Below, in pieces: positions 25,842 to 34,948 of a stretch of 64,000 nucleotides of DNA. Each line of letters opens with the position of its first letter. Positions within the stretch are counted from its first letter, which is position 1. This DNA is from Candidatus Hydrogenedentota bacterium. GTDB lineage: Bacteria > Hydrogenedentota > Hydrogenedentia > Hydrogenedentales > CAILVY01. The translations under genes and the position numbers were made by a program. The notes beneath the pieces were generated by a model, which did not search any database, had not been told where the DNA came from, and saw only the letters and a program-made list of their open reading frames with translations. The DNA is taken from positions 14,322 to 78,321 of the forward strand of contig JAKQOG010000069.1 in the NCBI GenBank assembly GCA_029565395.1, in the 5' to 3' direction.

Positions 25842-27131
25842 TTATGTGTATTTTTTTGCTTGTTTTAAGAAGGTGTTGAGAAAGACCGACTGGAGGGGTT
25901 TTGTGGCCATCAGGGCGCGGGCTGGCGGGGTTTTTTCCAGCACGCTGAGAAATCGTCCTATGGCCCGGTATCCCAGGCTTTTCGGGTCGTCAAAGAGCAG
26001 GTCGGTGAGTTTTCCGCGTTCAATAGCCATGCGGATGATGCGTTCGAAGGTGGTATCCGGGGTGACTACGCGTTTCGGCCGGGGGGTCATACGTATGGCG
26101 CCGCGTTTGCATGCGGAGTAACAGACTCCGCAGCCCAGGCATAGATCGGCTTCCCGGACGGCCAGTTTCCGGGGTTTCCCGCCATTTTCATTCTGTTCCT
26201 GAGCGATGTCGATGGCCTTCACCGGACATGCCTTTGCGCATTCCCCGCAGCCTTTGCAGCGGGCGGGGTCTACTTCCATGATCCAATTCGAGGTAACGAT
26301 GGCGTTGCGAATGTCCAGGTGGCGCACGGCATTCATCATGCCGCAGCAGCACCCGCAGCAGTTGCAGATGTAGGTGACGTTCTTTTTTACATTGTCGCCG
26401 GTCTGCGCCAGCCCGGCCGCCTTGGAATCTTCCAGAATGCGCATGCCTTCGCTCACGGTAATTGAACGGCAGATTCCGTTGCGCACCATGGTTGTTGCCC
26501 CGTCGTTTAGGGTGAGGCATACTTCCATGGGCCGCTCGCAGGCATGTCCGAGATGTTGGGCTTTGTGACGGCACGCGCACATTCCCACGGCGAGCGCGGA
26601 AGCGTTTTGTACCAGAAAGCTGGCGCGTTCCCAATCGAGGATTTCGGTATGGTCTTCTTCGGGCAGGGCTTCTTCCCGCACGAGGGAGCGGCCTATCTGG
26701 GTCTGCTGCTGGAAGATGGACCGGCCAAAACGCTCATCCTTGAACATGAAATCATCAAATAAACGTGCAAGCTCAGCCATGGGCAATTCATCACGCGCCC
26801 GCATGAAGACGAATTCGAAGAACCCGATTACGACGGGGGGCAGCATGTAGTAGCGCCGCCCTTTGATTTCCATATCGAACATGAGCCCGCGCTGGGCGAG
26901 GGGTGTCAGGCGTTCTTGCAATTCCTGGGGGGATAGGTTGAGTTTTTGCGCCAGTTTTTCCAGGGAGATAGGTTTTGCGGGTACACGCCGGGCCAGTTCT
27001 GCCTCTTCCGGAGAAAACAGCAGTTTCAGTATTTGCATCAGGATGGGGGAATCCGGCGCGCCCGTAGGCATACGGTCCAGACGTTGTTGCAACAACCGGT
27101 ATTCCCTGTCAGGATTTACGGTATGGCCCAT
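25842..27131 (-). CDS. Fe-S protein with an N-terminal HTH-like region, a Cys-dense CNCCGCCCG motif and two C-terminal 4Fe-4S ferredoxin motifs
   Basis: CKGCGECAKACPVKAIDI and CLGCGVCYSACKRGAIRM are 4Fe-4S ferredoxin motifs. YICNCCGCCCGMMNAV has 6 Cys in 9 residues. CACRHKAQHLGHACERPMEVC is a further Cys/His cluster. Confidence 0.6.
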   Translation of the reverse strand: MGHTVNPDREYRLLQQRLDRMPTGAPDSPILMQILKLLFSPEEAELARRVPAKPISLEKLAQKLNLSPQELQERLTPLAQRGLMFDMEIKGRRYYMLPPVVIGFFEFVFMRARDELPMAELARLFDDFMFKDERFGRSIFQQQTQIGRSLVREEALPEEDHTEILDWERASFLVQNASALAVGMCACRHKAQHLGHACERPMEVCLTLNDGATTMVRNGICRSITVSEGMRILEDSKAAGLAQTGDNVKKNVTYICNCCGCCCGMMNAVRHLDIRNAIVTSNWIMEVDPARCKGCGECAKACPVKAIDIAQEQNENGGKPRKLAVREADLCLGCGVCYSACKRGAIRMTPRPKRVVTPDTTFERIIRMAIERGKLTDLLFDDPKSLGYRAIGRFLSVLEKTPPARALMATKPLQSVFLNTFLKQAKKYT

Positions 27132-27603
27132 GATGATCTCCTTTATAAACTACAGGAGGTATTGTACAGGAATCCGGGGCAGGATAAACAGGGCTAAAAG
27201 CATTTGCAAAAAGTCCTTTTTCTCCTCCGGGGAAATGAAAAGGCGATGGTGTAGTTGTGAAATGCCAGTGATTCGCCTTCTGCCCGGTGTGCTTTTGAGA
27301 AAAAGGGCGAATTTACACCTGCCTGAGATCTATAAACATTTTAATTTGGTAAAAACTTGACTTCTCTGCTGATTCATGCGATAAAAGTAGATAGAGGCAG
27401 TGGTTAAAGTGAGCAAGGCGAGATAAAAACGAATCTTCCGGGGTGTCGAGGGGCACACCGGGAAGGAGGACAGTATTGTTGAAGGGAATAGTGTTTGAAG
27501 TGATGTGAGCAATGGAAAAAGGCCGTGGGATAACGTTCTTGCGGTATATGGTATTGGACAATTGGTAAACGGTGTTTAACCCAGAAAGGGAGGAAAACAC
27601 ACC

Positions 27604-30054
27604 ATGAGAAAGAGGAATATGTTGTTTGTGATGCTGGCGGTGGCCGCAGTTGGCCTGCCAGGAATCGCCCTGGCCGAAGATCCGATTGAACTGACGGAGT
27701 ACAATTTCTGCGACTATTTCAATCAAGTGGCAAGCAATGAATTGCTGGATGATCTAGGCGAAGAATGGGCCTACCTGATAGAGCGGCTTCAGCCGAATAA
27801 CGCCGATATCAATGGGTCATTTTACATTGATACGACGGATTCGGATAACATGATCATTAACGTGGAAGGGAATGGAATCCTGGATGCGGCGAATGAATTT
27901 GGATTGCTGCAGGCTATATTGGAGGATGGCACCTTCAATAATGGCGTGTTGAATTACGATCAGGTTTGGGCGGCATGGGAACAAAACGTCACCCAATTCC
28001 GGGCGGATATCGGGCCGGCTATAGCCATTCTTGATGCGATTATACCGGGGATCGCTCCGATCCTTGAGGCTTATGTTACCTTGGGCGATGGCGATTATAC
28101 GATTTTTTCTGCTCCTACTCCCGAAAATCCTGATGTCCCGGTGGTGGTTCAAGGAACGGGATCCTTCGGCTTTGTAGCGTGCTTAATGGCGGTACTGAAT
28201 GCGTTTGTGCAGGACTATCTGGGGTTCGGTTTTACCGATCCGACGCTGGACAAAGAGAATTATTCCTTATTGACCGATTTGCTGCCGGGTAGTGATGCGG
28301 ATGGCGATGGCAGCAGTAATTATTGCGAGTATTACTATTTTACCCCGGCGTTATGCCCGGAAGAGCCGGTGGAAGGTGAAGTGGAAGGTTCAGTAGAAGG
28401 TTCAGTAGAAGGCGAAGGAGAAGGTTCGGCAGAAGGTACTGTGGAAGGTGAAGCGGAAGGCGCCAAACTCGCAATAGAAGGCGAAGGCGAAGGCGAAGGT
28501 GCGGAAGAAGGCGAAGCGCATGTTCCGGCGGATCCGAGTACGGTGTATGTAACCGCTGCCTTAGATGCGACCTTTATCCCGGAATACTGCCCTATGGGCG
28601 AACCCTGCGAAATCACCCTGTCCGGAACTGAGGTAGTGCCGCCTGTGGACACGGTTGCTACCGGCACCATGACTGCGCAGCCGTTACTCTTTAATTTTAC
28701 GAGTGATGTGACCCTTCGGATTACCGTTGAGCACACGGTAGTTGATCCCGCGGAAGTGGGAATATATCAGGGGGCTGTTGGAGAAGGTGGAACGTTGATT
28801 GTTAACTTAGGCGATCCAACCAGTCCAGTGGTGCATCAGTTGACCCCTGAAGAAGTAGAACTTGTGATGCAAGATTTACCGCTCTATGTGGGAGTCTCCA
28901 GTGTCTTGTACCCCGGCGGAGAGATTCGAGGGCAGATTGAATGCGGCGGAACCCCCGAAGGCGAAGGCGCCGAGGGTGAAGGTGAAGGCGAAGGCGCGGA
29001 AGGTGAAGGTGAAGAAGGCGAGGGCGCGGAGGGTGAAGGCGAAGGTGAAGAAGGCGAGGGCGCGGAAGGTGAAGGTGAAGGTGAAGGCGAGGTTTGCGGG
29101 CCTGATGGGCTGTATGGACAAGCCCCGGATAACTCGATCCTATCGTTCAGTGATGATGCCGCCTCGAATGTCATGTTTGATAACTTCTCCGGTGTAACCA
29201 ATGACATTGGCGGTGTGGTCTGGTGGGGCATCAATTCCGAGGGAGATCGTGTTACAGCGTGCACCCGTGAGCCGGATACATACCAGGTGTCATTCTATGA
29301 GGATGATTCCGGGTTGCCCGGCACCCAAGCTGCTTCGTTTACCCTAACGCCGGTCCGTTCGGAAGTAGCCCTGCTTACCGAAGGGGCAAGCGCGGGCCTG
29401 ATGCTTTACCGGTTTGAGGCGGGGTTGCCCTCGGTGGTCTCTTTAGCCTCCGGATGGGTTTCCATAAAAGGTGTTAATGTGGCCACGGGATGCTATTTCT
29501 TATGGATGGGTTCAAGTGATGGCAATGGCAGCAGCGTGTTTGGCGAACCCGGCAATTATACGGTGGTAGGCCCTGATTTGGCGTTCTGCCTGACCACGAC
29601 GGGTCCTATTGAAGGTGCGGCCGAAGGTGAAGGCGAAGGCGCTGAGGGTGAAGGTGAAGAAGGTGAAGGAGCCGAAGGCGAAGGTGAAGGGGCCGAAGGC
29701 GAAGGGGCCGAGGGTGAAGGTGAAGGCGCCGAGGGCGAAGGTGAAGAGGGCGAAGTCCCTTCGGAGTGCCATGCCGCTGACCAGAACTGCGATAATCTGG
29801 TGAATCTCTCCGAATTGTTGCGCGTCATCCAATTCTTCAATTCCGGCGGGTATCATTGCCAGGCAGGAACGGAAGATGGCTATGCGCCTGGTCCCGGCGA
29901 CACAGGTTGCGCACCTCATACCAGCGACTATAATTCGCAGGATTGGTTGATCAACCTTTCTGAATTGCTCCGGCTGATCCAGTTCTTCAATTCCGGCGGG
30001 TATCATCCGTGCGCGGGCGGGGAAGACGGCTTCTGCCCCGGTCCTGCAAAATAA
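27604..30054 (+). CDS. Secreted multidomain protein: signal peptide, N-terminal domain, Gly-Glu linker, CHRD domain, Gly-Glu linker, beta-rich domain, Gly-Glu linker, C-terminal tandem atypical dockerin-like module
   Basis: Signal peptide MLFVMLAVAAVGLPGIALA. CHRD hallmark LYPGGEIRGQIECGG. Dockerin-like repeats [33 protein letters not shown] and INLSELLRLIQFFNSGGYHPCAGGEDGFCPGPAK at the extreme C-terminus. The SD sequence AGGGAGG precedes the ATG. Confidence 0.75.
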   Translation: MRKRNMLFVMLAVAAVGLPGIALAEDPIELTEYNFCDYFNQVASNELLDDLGEEWAYLIERLQPNNADINGSFYIDTTDSDNMIINVEGNGILDAANEFGLLQAILEDGTFNNGVLNYDQVWAAWEQNVTQFRADIGPAIAILDAIIPGIAPILEAYVTLGDGDYTIFSAPTPENPDVPVVVQGTGSFGFVACLMAVLNAFVQDYLGFGFTDPTLDKENYSLLTDLLPGSDADGDGSSNYCEYYYFTPALCPEEPVEGEVEGSVEGSVEGEGEGSAEGTVEGEAEGAKLAIEGEGEGEGAEEGEAHVPADPSTVYVTAALDATFIPEYCPMGEPCEITLSGTEVVPPVDTVATGTMTAQPLLFNFTSDVTLRITVEHTVVDPAEVGIYQGAVGEGGTLIVNLGDPTSPVVHQLTPEEVELVMQDLPLYVGVSSVLYPGGEIRGQIECGGTPEGEGAEGEGEGEGAEGEGEEGEGAEGEGEGEEGEGAEGEGEGEGEVCGPDGLYGQAPDNSILSFSDDAASNVMFDNFSGVTNDIGGVVWWGINSEGDRVTACTREPDTYQVSFYEDDSGLPGTQAASFTLTPVRSEVALLTEGASAGLMLYRFEAGLPSVVSLASGWVSIKGVNVATGCYFLWMGSSDGNGSSVFGEPGNYTVVGPDLAFCLTTTGPIEGAAEGEGEGAEGEGEEGEGAEGEGEGAEGEGAEGEGEGAEGEGEEGEVPSECHAADQNCDNLVNLSELLRVIQFFNSGGYHCQAGTEDGYAPGPGDTGCAPHTSDYNSQDWLINLSELLRLIQFFNSGGYHPCAGGEDGFCPGPAK
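28370..28510 (+). repeat. GAAGGN hexanucleotide repeat tract (Gly-Glu linker 1 of the CHRD protein)
   Basis: Encodes EGEVEGSVEGSVEGEGEGSAEGTVEGEAEG...EGEGEGEGAEEGEA. Confidence 0.6.
28945..29095 (+). repeat. GAAGGN hexanucleotide repeat tract (Gly-Glu linker 2)
   Basis: Encodes [46 protein letters not shown]. Spurious reverse ORFs 28876..29121 and 28884..29264 arise from it. Confidence 0.6.
29615..29760 (+). repeat. GAAGGN hexanucleotide repeat tract (Gly-Glu linker 3)
   Basis: Encodes [48 protein letters not shown]. Confidence 0.6.
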
Positions 30055-30202
30055 AGTGATTGAATAAGAATAGTTCGGGCGGTCAATTCCGTGAAGCGGG
30101 TTGGCCGCCCGGCGGTTTTTGAGGGACTGGGGGGGAATATGCTATGCTACGTCAAAAGATTTCCCCGCGTTTCCCCAACCAATTTTGGAAAGACGTAGAG
30201 CC

Positions 30203-31171
30203 ATGAAACAAGGGTACATAGCAGGAATAGTGATCGTGCTGGCCCTGGCGGGTCAGTATGCGTGGCCCGTTTTGGTGGATGGCGTGGTGGCGGCGGTGGG
30301 GCCGGAAGTGATTCTCCACAGTGAGATAGTGGATGAAATCGCGCCGTTGTTGGCGAATCTGCGCAACAAGGCGGCTTCGGAAGAGGAGTTTCAACGGGAG
30401 GCGGACAAGGCGTTGCGCGAGGCGTTAGATCAGGCCATAGAGTATAAGATTTTGTATCGGCAGGCGGAATTGGCGGGATTGAAGATTGAAGATAAGGCCA
30501 TAGACGAACGGTTTCAGAAGATTGAAAAGCAGTATGGGACGCACGATGAATTTCTGAGCATGCTGGAAGAAGCGGGGGAAACGATGGGTGACTTCCGCGA
30601 ACGGATGCGCAAGCAGATCATGGCGATTTCCATGGGGCTCCGGAAACGCAAGGAACTCGAGAAAGAAGCGGTAATTTCCGAATCGGATATGCAGAAATAC
30701 TATCAGGAACACAAGGATGAATTTTCCCGGCCCGAACGGGTGCGTCTTCGGCGCATTTTTTTAAGCGGGGGGAAGACGCCGGAAGAGCAGGCGCGGGTCA
30801 AGGCGCGCATGGAAGCGTTGCGCGAGGAGGTGCTTCAAGGGTCGGATTTTGCTGTATTGGCCCGGCAATACTCTCAGGGTCCTGATGCTCCGGAGGGCGG
30901 GATGGTTGGCTGGGTTTCCCATGGGGATCTCGTGCCAGAACTGGAAAAAGCGGCATTTGAGTTGACGTCCGGGGAAGTAAGCTCCGTGATAGCGACGGAA
31001 TATGGGTATCAGATTTTAAAGTCTGAAGAGAAGGAGGAGGCGGGTCAGTTATCGTATGAAAAGGCGCGCACGGAGATAGAACCGAGACTGCGCGAGAAAT
31101 TTGCCGATGAACGTTTCAAAGCCTGGATGGACGAACTTAAGAAACGAAGCCGCGTGCGTATTATGCTGTAA
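30203..31171 (+). CDS. SurA/PpiD-like periplasmic chaperone with a parvulin-type PPIase domain
   Basis: Signal/TM IAGIVIVLALAGQYAWP, a SurA-N-like helical region, and a PpiC rotamase block GGMVGWVSHGDLVPELEKAAFELTSGEVSSVIATEYGYQILK. The start was moved to the ATG at 30203. Confidence 0.7.
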   Translation: MKQGYIAGIVIVLALAGQYAWPVLVDGVVAAVGPEVILHSEIVDEIAPLLANLRNKAASEEEFQREADKALREALDQAIEYKILYRQAELAGLKIEDKAIDERFQKIEKQYGTHDEFLSMLEEAGETMGDFRERMRKQIMAISMGLRKRKELEKEAVISESDMQKYYQEHKDEFSRPERVRLRRIFLSGGKTPEEQARVKARMEALREEVLQGSDFAVLARQYSQGPDAPEGGMVGWVSHGDLVPELEKAAFELTSGEVSSVIATEYGYQILKSEEKEEAGQLSYEKARTEIEPRLREKFADERFKAWMDELKKRSRVRIML

Positions 31172-31189
31172 GGACGATCCATTCACGTC

Positions 31190-31999
31190 ATGTTAAGCCG
31201 GACACTCAAAATGGCGTTCTGGGTGCTGTATGATCACTTAGGCAAGCTCTTGTTGGTCAATGTGATGTGTACGCTGGCGCTCATAATTCCCGGAGGTCTT
31301 GCCTGTGCGGCAATTATGACGGGAGATCCGGGTGTGATGTTATGTGTGGGCGTGCCGGTGCTGGTGGTGGTGCTGGGGATAGTATTGCCGGTGGGATGTG
31401 CGGCGCTGGCGCACATGCTTAAGGAGCTAATTGATACCCGTGACGGGTCTGTGAGCACGTTTTTTTCCGGCGTGAAACGATATTTTTGGCGCGCATCGGG
31501 CCTCGGATTGGTTTATCTGGCTGCGGCGTGTTGTTTGGGCACCAGTGTATGGTTTTATCCCATTCGGTTGGGCGATACCCTCCCTTGGCTGGGGTATGCT
31601 CTTAGCGCGGCTGCCTTATGGTGTTTGGTTTTCGCCGGTCTTACGGCGTTGCTGGTTTTTCCCGCGCTTGTCCAGAAAAATGGCGGGGTGTGGGGCACGG
31701 TGAAGCTGAGTGCTTTGCTGGTGCTTGACAACCCGGTTTTTGCGTTGGGATTAGCCATAAATGCACTAATTTGGGCAGCGTTCAGCCTATTGCCGCCGGT
31801 TTTTATGTTTTTATCCATGGCTCCTTTGATGACCCTGGTGTCCAGTGGGTATGAAATGTTGTCGCGGAAATATGCCGTATTGGATGCTCGACGGGCCGCT
31901 GGCGCTGATCCAACGAAGTTGGCGATAGATTATAATGATGAAATGGATGACTATCTGAACCGGGGATTTCGGGATTTCCTGTTTCCCTGGAAAGGATGA
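31190..31999 (+). CDS. Hypothetical polytopic membrane protein
   Basis: 269 aa with 5-6 predicted TM helices. No recognisable motif. Confidence 0.4.
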   Translation: MLSRTLKMAFWVLYDHLGKLLLVNVMCTLALIIPGGLACAAIMTGDPGVMLCVGVPVLVVVLGIVLPVGCAALAHMLKELIDTRDGSVSTFFSGVKRYFWRASGLGLVYLAAACCLGTSVWFYPIRLGDTLPWLGYALSAAALWCLVFAGLTALLVFPALVQKNGGVWGTVKLSALLVLDNPVFALGLAINALIWAAFSLLPPVFMFLSMAPLMTLVSSGYEMLSRKYAVLDARRAAGADPTKLAIDYNDEMDDYLNRGFRDFLFPWKG

Positions 32000-32105
32000 A
32001 GGAGGCATTTGTGAAATAGTTCTTTTTCCCATCCGGTCAAAAGAAGAGGCAACGGTTTAGCCGTAGAACTACGGGTGATTTGCCCTGTGTCCGGAGTGTG
32101 TTTGA

Positions 32106-33497
<1,392 letters not shown>

Positions 33498-33511
33498 AGT
33501 AAAAGCATATT

Positions 33512-33541
33512 GGGGGGGCGGTGGTAAACCCGCCTCCCCCC
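33512..33541 (+). terminator. GC-rich stem-loop immediately downstream of eno (terminator-like, no U-tract)
   Basis: GGGGGGGCGG-tggtaaac-CCGCCTCCCCCC forms a perfect ~10-bp stem 15 nt after the eno stop. It is not followed by a T-run. Confidence 0.4.
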
Positions 33542-33554
33542 TTGAAGTGGAAAG

Positions 33555-33953
33555 ATGGTACATCGTCGAAAACTATACTGGTTGTCCTTAGCCTTGGCAG
33601 TGGCGCTTGCAGCGGCCTATGGGTTTCATCGCGAACTATGGGATCGTTATGCGCAATACAGGAAGAGTGAGAATACTGTCCAGGCGGTGGAACGGGAAGT
33701 GAATAATCTAAACACCGCCATCACTGTGGTCAAGGGGGAGGCTGAAAAACTCGATACGGATCCCGTCGAAGTGGAAAAAGCCATTCGCCGCATTAAAAAG
33801 CTGGTGCGTCCTGGCGAAACCGTATTTCGTATAGAACCCTCTCCCTCGCCGGATGGGAAATCGGCGCCGTCGGTTGTTAAGGACGGCCCAGGGAGCGGCC
33901 CGGATATGGGTGCGCGCACAGAGGGTGAACAGAGGAGTGAGAAAGAGCCCTGA
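33555..33953 (+). CDS. FtsB/DivIC-like septum formation initiator family protein
   Basis: N-terminal TM (LYWLSLALAVALAAAYGF) followed by a coiled-coil (VQAVEREVNNLNTAITVVKGEAEKL). This is the typical position after eno. Confidence 0.5.
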   Translation: MVHRRKLYWLSLALAVALAAAYGFHRELWDRYAQYRKSENTVQAVEREVNNLNTAITVVKGEAEKLDTDPVEVEKAIRRIKKLVRPGETVFRIEPSPSPDGKSAPSVVKDGPGSGPDMGARTEGEQRSEKEP

Positions 33954-33997
33954 GTCACGAAATTCTTCTTAATAACCAGGATGAAGCCATTAAGCTG

Positions 33998-34948
33998 ATG
34001 GGCCGGAATGGCGAGTTGCGCAGGCGTATCCAGGATGAAGCTCAGGTGCGCATTGTGGACCGCGGGGCGAAAGTTGTCATTGTAGGTGAAGAGCGGGATG
34101 CGCACATGGTGCGCGGTTTATTACGCGATATGTTGGCCGCGGTGCGTAGCGGCCATGTGCCGACGTTGTCCGATTTGAATTATGCTTTGGCTGCGGCGCG
34201 CGATCGTTCTGTGCATAATGGGGGAAGCGAAGTGATAAGCGAGAGAAGTCCGGGGATTCGCGAAGATATTCATATCCGGCCTCGCACGCATGGACAGAAG
34301 CATTATCTTGAAACTATTCTTTCATGTCCCATGACATTGGTGATTGGCCCGGCGGGCACGGGCAAGACCTACCTCGCCATGGCGGCGGCGGTTTCCTCCC
34401 TTTTGAACAAGCAGGTGAAACGTCTGGTGTTGACGCGGCCGGCGGTGGAGGCGGGGGAAAGCCTGGGGTTTCTCCCCGGTGGGCTCGAGGAAAAAGTTAA
34501 TCCTTATTTGCGTCCTTTGTATGACGCCCTCTACTCGATGGTGGATATGGCACGGGTTCGCCGGTTCATGGACGAGGAGCGGGTGGAAGTGGCGCCACTG
34601 GCGTTTATGCGCGGCCGCACCCTGGAGCAGGCGTTTGTGATTCTGGATGAGGCGCAGAACACCACGTCGGAACAAATGCTGATGTTTCTGACGCGTTTGG
34701 GGGAGGGATCGCGGGCGGTTATTACGGGCGATATTACGCAGATCGATCTCCCCAAGGGCACGAAATCGGGGTTGGTTGAAGCGCGCCGCATATTGCGGGG
34801 TGTTCCAGAGATCGGCCTGGTTCATCTTTCCAAGCATGATGTAGTGCGCCATCCGCTGGTGCAGCGCATTGTGGATGCATATGAGTCTGACACCGTGCAG
34901 ACGGTGGATTCTGAAGTCAAGCATAGTGGGAGTGCGATTGGGGCATGA
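33998..34948 (+). CDS. phoH: PhoH-family ATPase
   Basis: Walker A LVIGPAGTGKTYLAMAAAV and the block DEAQNTTSEQMLMFLTRLGEGSRAVITGDITQIDLP. There is no alternative start upstream; a stop lies at 33938. Confidence 0.9.
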   Translation: MGRNGELRRRIQDEAQVRIVDRGAKVVIVGEERDAHMVRGLLRDMLAAVRSGHVPTLSDLNYALAAARDRSVHNGGSEVISERSPGIREDIHIRPRTHGQKHYLETILSCPMTLVIGPAGTGKTYLAMAAAVSSLLNKQVKRLVLTRPAVEAGESLGFLPGGLEEKVNPYLRPLYDALYSMVDMARVRRFMDEERVEVAPLAFMRGRTLEQAFVILDEAQNTTSEQMLMFLTRLGEGSRAVITGDITQIDLPKGTKSGLVEARRILRGVPEIGLVHLSKHDVVRHPLVQRIVDAYESDTVQTVDSEVKHSGSAIGA

